A stretch of DNA of 63,237 nucleotides, filler included, from Octopus bimaculoides (GCF_001194135.2; 8 parts of 8 records of this genome joined end to end with filler, not necessarily neighbours in it), one strand, 5' to 3'. Positions 11,104 to 23,779 are shown, counted from the first letter of the whole stretch. Numbers and translations: made by a program. Notes: generated from the sequence alone by a model not told the origin.

Positions 11104-11339
11104 TAGATACAGAAAAATTTATTCTCAAACGCATGACAATGCTAATACAATAGCATGAACAGGATGAACTATTCATATATTGCAGAAAAATTCGTTACCG
11201 GCCAGCCATGAGACTCGAACTCACATCCCTGTGATTATGCGTCAAGTACTGGTGTAGATTTGTTCGACTAAAGTCATAGCTCCAGCATGGCCGCAGTCGA
11301 ATGACTGAAACACCAGAGGAAATGTATGTCACTAATTAC

Positions 11340-12495
11340 CAACCTGGGTCCAATGGACCCAATATTTTTCTTTTAATTAAATTTTATTCAAACTACCACT
11401 ATTTCTTAGCTACGTTATATATGCCATCAGGTGAATAAAGAATTACTGTTTCTTACAAATTTTAAGAAAAAGAAGTACAGCTTACAGAATATATAATAAA
11501 TGTAAAAAATTACAAAAATACAGAATTACAGCTCTTCATGGCACTGAATGCAAACAACATTGGAATGTTCTTGGCAAACATGGATATTACAATTCTTACA
11601 TGTAGTACTCATTTTCTTGCCTTTTTGGGGGCCACACAAAGAACAGCTTCCTTTTTTTCTTTGGCTGAGGAATCTCAAATGAGGTTGAAGAACGTCTTCT
11701 CTTCTTGTTTGGTTGAGAAATGTTAGCAGAACTAGAAGATTGTTTGTCATGTTCTTGTTTAGCATTAATTCCAGCAAGCTCCATTCCTAACTGAATTAGG
11801 CACCGTCTTCTTTTATCCTTGAAACTTTGCAAGTGAAGCTGTTTAGCCACAAGGAAAGCATTCACTGCACTTATATCAATCATGTTGTAGAATATAACCA
11901 TAGGCCATCCTCGAGTCATTCTTTTGCAAGTGTATGTCCTTACCATCTTATCTCGGGTATCTATTCCTCCTTTTGTTTTGTTGTAACATGTAATAACTTC
12001 AGGTTTCTTTTCAGCATTTTTTGAAGCAATTGAAGGCTGAGAGTACAATGTACTCATAAGTGTGAGTACATAATTTTTCTTTGGATAATAAGATAGGAAC
12101 ACAGAATCATTTTGAAACCCAAATATTGTGATGTAGATTTCTCTTTCTTTTCCATTTGTGAAAGCACTTGGAAGTTCAAATCTGTTCTTTCTAATTGTTC
12201 CAATTAAAGTAGTTTTCTTGCTAAGCAGCTTTCGAGCCAATCCAAGACTTGTAAAAATATTATCACAAGTTATATGGCGACCAGTATTTTCAAGTTCTTT
12301 TACTAGGTCTTCAACAACTCTTGAACCTTGATTTGTCCCTGCGTCTTTTCCAGTGTAAATTTGCAGTTTCCAGGTATAAGATGTTTCACTGTCGCATATT
12401 GACCAAATTTTAATTCCATATTTTCCTGGTTTTGAAGGAATATATACCTGGAAAGGACAGCGCCCTCTGAATGAGGTAAGGGCTTCATTAAATGG
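11340..12495 (-). mobile_element. piggyBac transposase remnant (DDE_Tnp_1_7, PGBD4-like), 5'-truncated and frameshifted before the Cys-rich tail
   Basis: FRGRCPFQVYIPSKPGKYGIKIW, ITCDNIFTS, GTIRKN, YNKTKGGIDTRD, RGWPMVIFYNMID motifs; Cys-rich tail CSLC..CKNC..VCQEH..CIQC in another frame; palindrome GGGTCCAATGGACCC near the end. Confidence 0.93.
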
Positions 12496-13354
12496 TAACT
12501 TCGCTTCCATTATATGGAATAAATAAAAAGCAATTTATCTTATTTTGAGTGGTTTATATGATTTGGGGTTTAGATGAAGAAACCAAAAAATAAATAAATA
12601 AACATATACGATTTAGGGTTTAGATAAAGAAAACAAAAATAANNNNNNNNNNNNNNNNNNNNNNNNNNNNNNNNNNNNNNNNNNNNTTAATTAATTAANN
12701 NNNNNNNNNNNNNNNNNNNNNNNNNNNNNNNNNNNNNNNNNNGCCATGTCAACAAACTTCAAAATTGGTTTAAAGTTTATCGATTTTTACAGGTATACGC
12801 GGGTACCTCTGAGAGAGAAAGTTCACTAAAATGCACATAGGGTCATTCCGAATCTTCTCCTAAAATTGGAGCGACATGCGTGCTAATTTGTGGACGTGCA
12901 TAAACCACATTCACGTACACACACACACAAACATCCTCTGTTTTATAGATATTGATATCGCACACAAAGCAATAACGAACCACGCACGCCCTTGTATGTA
13001 CTAAATTGACACGCGTGTCCCTACATGAAAGGAAATTTATTCCACTCACACACTCACACACCTACACACACCTACAACACACACATGCGCCAACACACAC
13101 ACACGCACACATACACGCACCAACACACATACAAACAAATAAGAATACTTCAACTGATTCAGCTAAGCACAAACCCGGAAGCTGTCTTGACTTAAATAAA
13201 AAAAATTCCTGGCCCTTTCGTTTGTGTCCGGCTTGTGTACAGCAAAGCACAAAAAAAGAAACTTCAATCCCAGTAAAATATAATTCAATGTATTTAGGTA
13301 CATACGTACGTACGTACCTACATACATACAGATATACATACATACATACATCAT

Positions 13355-13671
13355 GTGATTTGATTGTTTCGCCTATATTGGACGAGGACTCTTACAGGTA
13401 TATAGAGGTGGATGAAAACATATCTTACAATGCCACCTGTAACAAAACACGTATCACTAAAGAATATTACAGTCGAATAAAGAAACTTTGGACATCGGAA
13501 CTCTTTGCATTCAATAAAACAGTAAATCTAACTCTAACCCTAACCCTAAACCTAAACCTAACCCTAACCCTAACCCTAACCCTAACCCTAACCTAACACG
13601 TGCCACTAAAGAATATTACAGTCAAATAAAGAAAATTTGGACATCGGAACGCTTTGCATTCAATAAAACAG
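13355..13671 (+). mobile_element. R4/Dong-like LINE RT-thumb fragment, interrupted by a telomeric tract and partly duplicated
   Basis: SYRYIEVDENISY...ITKEYYSRIKKLWTSELFAFNK resembles the YKYLG..E...KEY..R..KI..S.L...NK motif. Confidence 0.7.
13523..13594. repeat. Interstitial telomere-type (CCCTAA)n tract
   Basis: About 12 units, degenerate at the left end. Confidence 0.9.
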
Positions 13672-14949
13672 AAGGAAGCCAGCGGACGACTAGGAGTGAT
13701 TGTGAACCGAGCAAAGCAGCGGAAGATGCATCGGCGGCGGAGTTCCGTCGGCGAACCGCACCTGCTATAGCAAGGCCGTCGTCTCGGCGGCGATACCGAA
13801 TGCGAGTGTGTGTGCCCGTGTGTNNNNNNNNNNNNNNNNNNNNNNNNNNNNNNNNNNNNNNNNNNNNNNNNNNNNNNNNNNNNNNNNNNNNNNNNNNNNN
13901 NNNNNNNNNNNNNNNNNNNNNNNNNNNNNNNNNNNNNNNNNNNNNNNNNNNNNNNNNNNNNNNNNNNNNNNNNNNNNNNNNNNNNNNNNNNNNNNNNNNN
14001 NNNNNNNNNNNNNNNNNNNNNNNNNNNNNNNNNNNNNNNNNNNNNNNNNNNNNNNNNNNNNNNNNNNNNNNNNNNNNNNNNNNNNNNNNNNNNNNNNNNN
14101 NNNNNNNNNNNNNNNNNNNNNNNNNNNNNNNNNNNNNNNNNNNNNNNNNNNNNNNNNNNNNNNNNNNNNNNNNNNNNNNNNNNNNNNNNNNNNNNNNNNN
14201 NNNNNNNNNNNNNNNNNNNNNNNNNNNNNNNNNNNNNNNNNNNNNNNNNNNNNNNNNNNNNNNNNNNNNNNNNNNNNNNNNNNNNNNNNNNNNNNNNNNN
14301 NNNNNNNNNNNNNNNNNNNNNNNNNNNNNNNNNNNNNNNNNNNNNNNNNNNNNNNNNNNNNNNNNNNNNNNNNNNNNNNNNNNNNNNNNNNNNNNNNNNN
14401 NNNNNNNNNNNNNNNNNNNNNNNNNNNNNNNNNNNNNNNNNNNNNNNNNNNNNNNNNNNNNNNNNNNNNNNNNNNNNNNNNNNNNNNNNNNNNNNNNNNN
14501 NNNNNNNNNNNNNNNNNNNNNNNNNNNNNNNNNNNNNNNNNNNNNNNNNNNNNNNNNNNNNNNNNNNNNNNNNNNNNNNNNNNNNNNNNNNNNNNNNNNN
14601 NNNNNNNNNNNNNNNNNNNNNNNNNNNNNNNNNNNNNNNNNNNNNNNNNNNNNNNNNNNNNNNNNNNNNNNNNNNNNNNNNNNNNNNNNNNNNNNNNNNN
14701 NNNNNNNNNNNNNNNNNNNNNNNNNNNNNNNNNNNNACGATTCTTCTGCCGACCAACCTTCCGCCTTGTAGTTGGCGCCCTCGCCCTTGCTGTCGCCGTC
14801 GTTTCACGCCCCGCGTGGCGGCAGATTCGCTCGCTCGCCCGCACGCCGGCAGCCGCCGTTCCGTTCGTACTCGCGCTCCGTTCGGCCGTTCGGTATCTTC
14901 CTACGCGACGCAAATATTAGACTGAGACTGTCGCGTACGGGTTGTCGCA

Positions 14950-15208
14950 GCTCCGTAGCTCTTCGACAGAACGGGCGTACGCCAAGACAAGAGCAAAGGA
15001 CGAAGCTCCGTAGCTCTTCGGCAGAACGGGCGTACGCCAAGACAAGAGCAACGTCCGATCGAAAAAGCTACGGAGCTTCGTCCGTAGCTTTTGACTGAAC
15101 GTACGCCCGTTCGACCTAAAAGCCAGGGATGTTCGTCCGTAGCTTTTGACTGAACGTACGCCCGTTCGACCTAAAAGCCAGGGACGTGCGGCCGTAGCTT
15201 TTGACTGA
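14950..15208. repeat. Two CpG-rich tandem arrays, both with 55-bp period, joined by a 12-bp hairpin
   Basis: Unit A at 14950 and 15005; unit B at 15077, 15132 and 15187 (runs into a gap); stem 15063-74/15081-92. Confidence 0.85.
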
Positions 15209-15814
15209 NNNNNNNNNNNNNNNNNNNNNNNNNNNNNNNNNNNNNNNNNNNNNNNNNNNNNNNNNNNNNNNNNNNNNNNNNNNNNNNNNNNNNNNNNNNN
15301 NNNNNNNNNNNNNNNNNNNNNNNNNNNNNNNNNNNNNNNNNNNNNNNNNNNNNNNNNNNNNNNNNNNNNNNNNNNNNNNNNNNNNNNNNNNNNNNNNNNN
15401 NNNNNNNNNNNNNNNNNNNNNNNNNNNNNNNNNNNNNNNNNNNNNNNNNNNNNNNNNNNNNNNNNNNNNNNNNNNNNNNNNNNNNNNNNNNNNNNNNNNN
15501 NNNNNNNNNNNNNNNNNNNNNNNNNNNNNNNNNNNNNNNNNNNNNNNNNNNCAGAATTAAACTTAATTTTCTAGCAATTTAAAGTTATTAACTACTTCAC
15601 TATTAAATCTCTGAAATACCCTAAAGTATAATTTAAAATATCTTTAGAAATAGTATTTCCGTTCGACGTGTAGTAAATAAAATTATTTAATAATAGCTGG
15701 AGAAAAAAAAACCCGACTTATTAATTGATATGATGACTTTCTTTCTTATGATAACATTGCTTTCAGTTGGCAGACAAGAACAATTTATACACGGAAATTA
15801 CTAGGCAGGTGGTG

Positions 15815-16026
15815 GTTTTGGCACAGGGCCACCCATCTCGGAGGATGGGGCGAGTCGATTATATCGACCCCAGCGCTCACCTGGTACATATTTTATCGAC
15901 CTACGAAAGGATGGAAGGCAAAGTCAACCTGCTCGGAATTTAAACTCAGAACGTAAAAAACAAAAAGGAAGGAAAATGCTAAGCATTTTGCCCGGGATGT
16001 TAACGATTCAGCTAGCTCGTCGTCTT
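15815..16026 (-). mobile_element. SINE family A
   Basis: Reverse-complement homology to the family A head and core. Confidence 0.8.
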
Positions 16027-16061
16027 AGACGCTACGCAGGTCTGACTTTGACTAATTGCTA

Positions 16062-17552
16062 CCGTTTTTGCCAGCGCATTGTACGCATCCTCACATAAGA
16101 TGTCCCCCTCTTTTACAAGGATATTTTGCGGGGAAAAGGACAATTTTAGTATGCTTCATCATGCATTTATTGAAAGATACTTTAAAGTAGTTTTGTAGGG
16201 AAAATTGTATGATTCTGTCCCTGAAATACAATATTGTGACAATATACTGGAATAGAGTATGAAATCAGATGTAGCTTAAGATTCACCTTGAAATGAAATT
16301 AAATTAAATTTGCCAGAACAAAAAAGAAATATACATTGGTATCAATGAAGTCTGGTCCATGCAAACAAAAAGCAAATATACTTATAAAAAATGGTAGAAA
16401 CCAATTAAAGGACAATAAATGTGAGGAATTCCTGTCGATAATTACAGGTACTCATTCTCACTTCTGCCATCCATATTACCGGGACTCTCTTCGCCACTGA
16501 AATTCTCTGCAATGGAATCTGGGTCATCAATATCTTCTTCAAATGATAAATCATCTTCAGTACCATCAAAAGCATTACTAATGCCAGATTTTTTAAATGA
16601 TTTCACAACTACCTTTTTTGCAGCAGTCACCCACCTGTGTTATTGAAGGCTTCGTCCTTCTTCAAGTTGGCGTCACTTCAAAATCTGAATAGTGCATCCG
16701 CTTGCTCCTCTCCTTCCGCATGAATCTTTTAAATGGTTTCTTGATCAAAACATCTAAAGGCTGTAAGAGGCTGGTTAGGCCTCCAAGAATTACAACTAAC
16801 TGGGTCTTCAGTTCTCTTCTAAACAAGCTCAGTTCTATGAGCCCGAAACTGGTCCCAAACTAATAGGGCAGGTTTCCTGAATAGCCCACCAGGACACCTG
16901 GACCACACTTTATCAAGCTACAATTTCATTCTTGCCTCATCCATCCAACCTTTTGTGTGGACATGAACATAAATGCCATTAGCTATCCTTTCTTTAAGCA
17001 ATGTCTTTTAAAAATTAAAAAAGGTGATAGTTTTGTGCTAATACAACTGTGTCGTGTGTCTTTTCATGACCAGATATTTTACCGTCTTCTTTGATGACAC
17101 ATAAAATGTCAAAGAGACTTTGTCCATATTTGCAATCTGTGAAAGTTCAAAACTTCTTTTCTTCCATTAATGACATACCTAATCTTCGTATTCAGCGGGC
17201 ATTTTTTGTGCTATTCTTGTCCTAGGCTTCATACAGAGTTTATTTCTCCACATAGATCTGGAACACTATGATGTTGACCCTTTAAGATCATTGATACCTT
17301 TGTCCATTGCTATAAGTCTTGAATGGTACATAAACATTTTATTGGATACTGAAAGTCCGAACTTCTTTGGCCTAAAACCCATGTTTTTAATTCTTCTAGT
17401 TCAGGCCACTTTACAACTCCCCTACAGAGGCAGTGTTTGCTACATTTAGAAGCTTTCGGTTGCTCTTTTCGTTTCCTTCAAGTCCTTACCATTTTCTCGG
17501 CAGCTGATCTATTACCATGGTCCTTTGCGTAGGCTACGACAGCTAGTTTAAA
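16062..17552 (-). mobile_element. pogo/Tigger-type (CENP-B HTH + DDE_1) transposon pseudogene with one TIR
   Basis: FKLAVVAYAKDHGNRSAA (Brinker-type DBD), KWPELEE, LVWDQFRAH, ILGGLTSLLQPLDV..KPFK, SFKKSGISNAFDGTEDD; TA|CCGT terminus at 16060-62; many stops and frameshifts. Confidence 0.85.
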
Positions 17553-17583
17553 CTAACCCAACCCTAGCCCTAACCCTAACCCC
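17553..17583. repeat. Short degenerate (CCCTAA)n tract
   Basis: CTAACCCAACCCTAGCCCTAACCCTAACCCC between the pogo remnant and a SINE. Confidence 0.7.
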
Positions 17584-17732
17584 AGTACACAGCTGGTACT
17601 TAATTTATCGACCCCGAAAGGATGAAAGGCAAAGTTGACCTCGGCAGAATTTGAACTCAGAGCGCAAAGACAGACGAAACGCCTCTAAGTACTTCGCCCA
17701 GCGTGCTAACCACTCTGCCAGCTCGCCGCCTT
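17584..17732 (-). mobile_element. SINE family A, 3'-truncated
   Basis: Reverse-complement homology to the family A head and core. Confidence 0.85.
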
Positions 17733-18094
17733 TGAACGTCCGAAATAATGCTATAATACTTAAAATAACATCAAAGCTATTTTAACCCATTAATTTTTAC
17801 TTTAATTTTGTGCTGGCTAATTGTTGAAGATGCGAAAATTATGATTATTTAGAAGAGACACATGCAGTGTGCATCTACTGCAGAATGTGTGTGGTCTTGT
17901 CTTGTATAGTTATCGCTGTCCAATGTATGCCGTGAGTTTTATCAGTTGCAGACATGCTAGAGATGCTTTTAAATAAACATTACCAGAAAATTAGGAATAG
18001 ATGTACACCATTTTGTATCATAATATACACACAAAAATATGTATGAATTACTTTATGGGTCTATATGTATATATGTGTATCTACAAAATATATC

Positions 18095-18125
<31 letters not shown>

Positions 18126-18446
18126 CATGTATGTATGTGTGCATGTATGTATATATATGTATATATATACGGACATATATACACACACAAATACATACAT
18201 ATATATATATAAACACACATACATACATACATACAGACAGACAAACAGACAAACAGACACACACACACACGCATAGATAGATAGATATCTTTTTATTATA
18301 GCCACACAGGGCTAAATACAGAAAATGGACAAATTACAAAGTAGAGNNNNNNNNNNNNNNNNNNNNNNNNNNNNNNNNNNNNNNNNNNNNTTAATTAATT
18401 AANNNNNNNNNNNNNNNNNNNNNNNNNNNNNNNNNNNNNNNNNNNN

Positions 18447-18574
18447 GCCTAGTACTTATTCAATCGGTCTCTTTTTGCCGAACCGCAAAGTTACGGGGAT
18501 GTAAACACACCAGCATCGGTTGTCAAGCGATGTTGTGGGGGCAAACATAGACACACAAACACAGATACATACAT

Positions 18575-18605
<31 letters not shown>

Positions 18606-18778
18606 CATATATACAACGGGTTTCTTTCAGTTTCAGTCTACCAAATCCACTCACAAGGCTTTGGTTAGCCCGAGGTCATAGTAGAAGACACTTGCCCAAG
18701 GGTCCACGCAGTGGGACTGACCCCGGATGCATGTGGTTCGTAAGCAAGTTACTTGCCACACAGCCACTCTTACGCCTA
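18447..18778 (-). mobile_element. SINE family B
   Basis: Homology to 60595-61012. Confidence 0.85.
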
Positions 18779-18799
18779 TGTTAATATAAAAAAATGGAA

Positions 18800-19105
18800 C
18801 AAGAATGTAACAGGAGATAACAAAACATCCAGACAGACGATACAAATAGGACAGGAAAATACAAGGACAAGTCATTCGGAGCTTTCTATCTTCAGTCGAG
18901 TACCAGATCGTCCTTGCAGTTTCGGCCGGTTACACTTGAGACTGCTCTAATCTGGCCGGCCCCAAGAAAATCTAAGAGCACAAGATTCTTAGGAAGAAAG
19001 CAAGCGAGTGTATACGAAAACAAGGACGAGAAACACGGAGAAATGGTACACAATTACAAATACAGACATCAGGTCATTAACAACAGGTGTCTTTCGAATT
19101 AGACA
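18800..19105. mobile_element. Interspersed repeat, second copy at 62130-62400; possibly a Penelope-like terminal repeat
   Basis: Shared CAGTTTCGGCC..TTACACTTGAGAC and AACAACAGGTGTCTT blocks in both copies. Confidence 0.55.
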
Positions 19106-19247
19106 AATTAAACTAAGCTGGCGGGTATGGAAGTGAAGCTTTAAATATATTTCCAGTTTTCACTAATATATTTAATTTTTCACTGTTGATTGTAACTATG
19201 TGTGTGTGTGCGCGCGCGTGTCTGTGTGAGAGAGAGTGAGTGTGAGC

Positions 19248-19297
<50 letters not shown>

Positions 19298-19309
19298 ATA
19301 TATATATAT

Positions 19310-19490
19310 ATAGTCTTCCTTTTATTATTTGACTGTGGCCATGCTGGAGCACTAACTTTACTCGAACAATTCGACCCCAGGACTTATTCTTTGTAAGCCT
19401 AGTACTTACAAGGTTCCACATAGTGGGACTGAATCCAGATCAATGTGGTTGGTAAAAAAGCTACTTACCACACAGTCACTCCAGCGCCTA
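19310..19490 (-). mobile_element. SINE family B with internal deletion
   Basis: 3' block joined directly to the head block. Confidence 0.7.
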
Positions 19491-19970
19491 TATGCATATA
19501 GTAATAATAATAATAATCCATGGATGGACAATATCGGATATGCTCATTTGGAACTGAGAACCCAACTACCATGGATGAAATTGGGACTCAAAACATGTCT
19601 TGGGTAAAGTGGATATATTTATTTGTAGCTGAAGGCCCAGTGGCGTCCTCATCTGTTTCATGGATCCAGTGCACTCGCGCGCGCACACACACACACACAC
19701 ACATACTCCGGCACAGAGTGCAGGTATGTTTGAGATGTTACCAAATGTTTTAGGCCCTGTAGATATTTCCACACTGTACTCCTATACTAGACATGACTTG
19801 ACGATGATCCACAAATCTTTCGATAGGCTTGAGTGTAGTGTCAGAGTTACATGATAGCAGCAATCAAGACAGAAAATATTAGGTATTTTAATAGCAATTT
19901 GACTGAGATCCATACCACTTCACGTTTTGTGGGTCCGTAGGGGAGACTTATCTCGTCAGTTATTAAAATA

Positions 19971-20205
19971 CAGGGTGAGTCAAATGTAGCACCCAGTTGC
20001 TGGGAAGTCATGCCTTAGTTGATTTGCTTTGCACGTTATTACTGAGAGTTTTTAAAGTTACTGAATCTGGATTTTGAATCATGTTGTTAATACTCTTTGA
20101 TATCTTAAACCCGTAGAACGAGATTTAAGAGACAAAAGTATCTCCCAATTGGGAAATCATATCAACTCTAAAACAGAAACTGGGCGCTGCTTTTGACTCA
20201 CCGTG
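19971..20205. mobile_element. Tc1/mariner MITE
   Basis: 28-bp TIR CAGGGTGAGTCAAATGTAGCACCCAGTT (4 mismatches to the right copy); TA on both flanks. Confidence 0.8.
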
Positions 20206-21164
20206 TATATGTGTAACTCTTAACAAATGATTTGAGTGCTACTTTCTTTCGTGTGCGCGTATACATATATGTATATGTATATATGTAAGCACACATGTTT
20301 ATACACTGTTATAAAACGAAGTCGTATTAACCAAGGAGACGGTAATACTTATGTAATATGGAATGTATTGAATAATTTTTTATATAAACGTATGGAAATT
20401 ATAATTTTCGTTATGTACTTAAAGTAGCTGTGACCATAGAAGTAGGAAGGAATTCCACGACATATTTAATACTGAAAGTTCTAGGAACTATTAATATGTC
20501 ACATCACATGGACAAAATACGAGCGTCTCAAATCCAGAAGGTTTTATTAATTTGTAATCAACAGATCACCCAAAATTTCACTCCACTCATTCAAAATGAC
20601 CAAGTTACTGTAGAAAAGGTTATAACAATGAGTGCGAGATCCGCCCGGTTATTGGAGGTTTAGGATGTTTTTATAAATATTGCAACTGTGACGTGGATGT
20701 TTTTTCCTTTCAACTTTTCCATAAAACTTTCATTTTTGCTATTTGACGAATATTTTTGCATGACGAATTATCTAGAAACGAGAAAGAAAACATACTTAAA
20801 CAGTAAAACAGACACAAGAGTAAAACACACACACACACACACACACAATAGTGTAATGTCCATCAACATGGAACGAAATCAAAGAAAATATATTGGCAAC
20901 CGTGTATTTTACTACGCTGTAAGACCATTTGTCGGCGGACGTCTTATATTAGCATTATGCAAACATTTGCTCATACATATACATATGAGAGAGATATTAT
21001 GCACAGACATATCATTAAGATATTAGCAAATATAAGGAGAAAGAGAGGGAGACGGGTGAGACAGAGAGACACAAAGAGAGAGAAATTGAGTGTAAGATAT
21101 GAATATAGGTGGAAAATACACGGGTGTTATAAAACGTCAATTCATGAATATTCATAAATATGTC

Positions 21165-21166
21165 TG

Positions 21167-21228
<62 letters not shown>

Positions 21229-21255
21229 ACTAACTAACTAACTATCTATCGATCT
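21165..21255. repeat. (TCTA)n/(CTAA)n microsatellite
   Basis: Directly visible. Confidence 0.95.
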
Positions 21256-21259
21256 AACT

Positions 21260-21457
21260 AGGGGCATCCCGCGAGAGTTGGGATGCGGGACGAGCGTGTC
21301 GGCATACGCGGACGACGTCACCGTCATAGTGTCTAGCCAAAAGCACATCGAGCTTGTCGGCGAGACACTGAAAGACTACGAAACGGTAACGGGAGCAAAA
21401 ATCAACCGGGATAAGTCAGTGGGCTTGCGGCTCGGCACCTGGAGAAGCAAGCTCATG
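21260..21457 (+). mobile_element. Tx1/L1-like reverse transcriptase fragment
   Basis: VSAYADDVTV...YETVTGAKINRDKS...LG contains the YADD catalytic motif and SG.KIN..KS motif; ends at a gap. Confidence 0.9.
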
Positions 21458-23779
21458 NNNNNNNNNNNNNNNNNNNNNNNNNNNNNNNNNNNNNNNNNNN
21501 NTTAATTAATTAANNNNNNNNNNNNNNNNNNNNNNNNNNNNNNNNNNNNNNNNNNNNTGTGAGAGTGTGCGTGCGCGCGCGCGTCTATTTAGACTGGTTT
21601 TGATTTTCTATAATGTGCCGCTTTATTTTCTGATATAGGAAGTAGTGCAGAAAATAATGGGAACAAACAGAGCAAAAAACATGATGAATACATATTTATT
21701 TAGATATACTAGCAGAAAGCACACCCTCTGGGTGGTTTTCTGCTGGTTGCTATATGATACTTAGGCGTTTGATTTATAATTTGTGTAATTTTTCTATGTT
21801 AGGTCTGATTTTCTTTTGAATCCTTTATTTGTTTAATAGTACTCAATCGTACGGGATAAATTTAGGGCATAACTATAGAAATGTGACCCACCATATTTGT
21901 TTCCTTATAACTTTCTGATGAATGGATGGTTCGACAGCCACTTTTCAATTTGCTCCATTTTTGTACCAGTTGATTTCATATTCAGCGTATTGTAAAGTAG
22001 CATTAAATTTATTTTCGCCATAAATCAATAAATAAAAAGTTAATAGCTTTTAAAGTTTTTTTTTATATATTTGGGTAATTTTATCCAGTCAAAAGCCACT
22101 GGCATATAGGTGCTTGTTTCCATAGTAACAAGCCAAGCTGTTACGAAACCGCTTGCCACCCGTTCTTTTTGTCGCTTGTTAAATGCTTGAAACATGCCGT
22201 ATGAGGTGATCATGAGATGTGCTAAAAATAACAGCTAAAAGGCCTTAAATCACGCACGAAATTTTTTCTTTTTTTTCGGTTTTTGCATAATCGCATGAAA
22301 ATTCCAAAAAATAAAAACGTTATGAGGGGTTATATGGTGTGCGTAAAGCAGAACTCCGCTATTATTTCATTTCTTTATAGTTGACGACACGTGCTGTCAC
22401 GCAGAAAATTATAGGTTCCAAATCCTGTTCTCTGACTGGGTGAAAATTATCAAACCTTAAATCCCAGTAACTTTTTTTACGAATTTTTCTGGAAAAGGTG
22501 AGATGTCTCTTGAGATTCAGCGTGGAAAATTACATCACTACAGCAAATTTTAAAATCTTCATTAAACTTTAAATTTTCCACAGGTGCAGCGGACCAGAAA
22601 AGATCCGAATGGATATTTATTATTGAAAGTTTCTCCAAATACTTTTCAGTTGATGTAGATTATGGTAATATCGGAATTTGTTGGGAAAAACTTTTGGGGG
22701 GAGAACTTTCGGATAATTCATATACCTCAATTTTATTTCCAGACAGCCTTCAGAAAAATGATCATTTCTAAGGAAATTTTCTACGGATGGTTTATATTGC
22801 AATTGTATAGGAATTGAATGTGGGAAAAAATGAGGGTGGAAACGGATATTTCATGCATCTCAAATGTTTGTCTTCGTTGTTTTGACCATTTAATTATAAT
22901 TATGTTGGGAAAAATTAGTTTTAAGACCTATACGATTCCTGCTATTTCTAGCATACTAAACGACAACACCTTTCACTTTGAGAGCTAAAGATTGTGATGA
23001 AAACAATGAAAGAAATATGTACTCAATATTTAATGTTAGCATTGTGTTCTTTTGAGTGAATTTTCGGGAAATAGAATAGTCCTCAAAAGTCAGCTTTTTG
23101 GGGGTTTTTTTAATACTCAGTTTGGTTTTTTTTTAATACTCAGTTTCACGGAAAAAGAGCAAAAGAAACAGACGCAGATTCTCCGAAGCCAATCTATTAG
23201 TGGCACAATGAAGATTTGAATGACATTCCCAAAACTCTCCATCTAAAATTCTTATGTGTATAAATGCACACACTTAGGTGTGTGCATCGACAGTTCGACC
23301 AGCTCAAACTCTCTCAAGATCTTAAATTAAACTCAAAGAAAAACATAATACATACAAACATACACGCATACAATTTGTCACCGTCTGAATCAGACATGCA
23401 AGCGTAATGAACCGTTTAATATGCTTTGTTGAACGTTTACTTCTGCAATTTTACCAAAACCTCCAGCTACTGGTTTATTTCTTCTGTTATAAATGAAAAA
23501 CTTTTACTTATCAACAATGTGTTTATTCGGGCCTTATTTCAAAGCATATCTCATATCACGTAGAATATCACTAGTTCGATCATGGTTGATACTGATAACA
23601 ACAACAACACTGATACCTACACAAGCAGTACTTCGGTACCTGCATGTTATGTTATTTAAGATGATGAAAGAACCCTTCTTACTTCAGTTAGTCTTTACAA
23701 TTAAATGAAGATTTACTTCGGTGCTATGGAAAACTCCTTTGATGACACTTCCATCGGCTATATAAAGCAGCTAAAAAAG

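Noticed and set aside
11199-11248. tRNA-Met-like 3' half on the minus strand, and tRNA-like heads elsewhere
   Set aside because: Incomplete cloverleaf; better explained as SINE heads than tRNA genes.
11596-12510. Domesticated PGBD gene
   Set aside because: 5'-truncated, frameshifted, terminal palindrome retained, no splice structure.
13593-14925. ORFs of 320-400 aa spanning gaps (similar cases near 30.6 kb, 32.3 kb and 33.3 kb)
   Set aside because: Almost entirely X residues.
14950-15208. 55-bp arrays as CRISPR
   Set aside because: No unique spacers, no cas genes, eukaryotic context.
18866-18900. CUGAAGA/CUGAUGA motifs in the 18.8-kb and 62.2-kb repeat copies as hammerheads
   Set aside because: GAAU instead of GAAA, and no coherent stems I or III.
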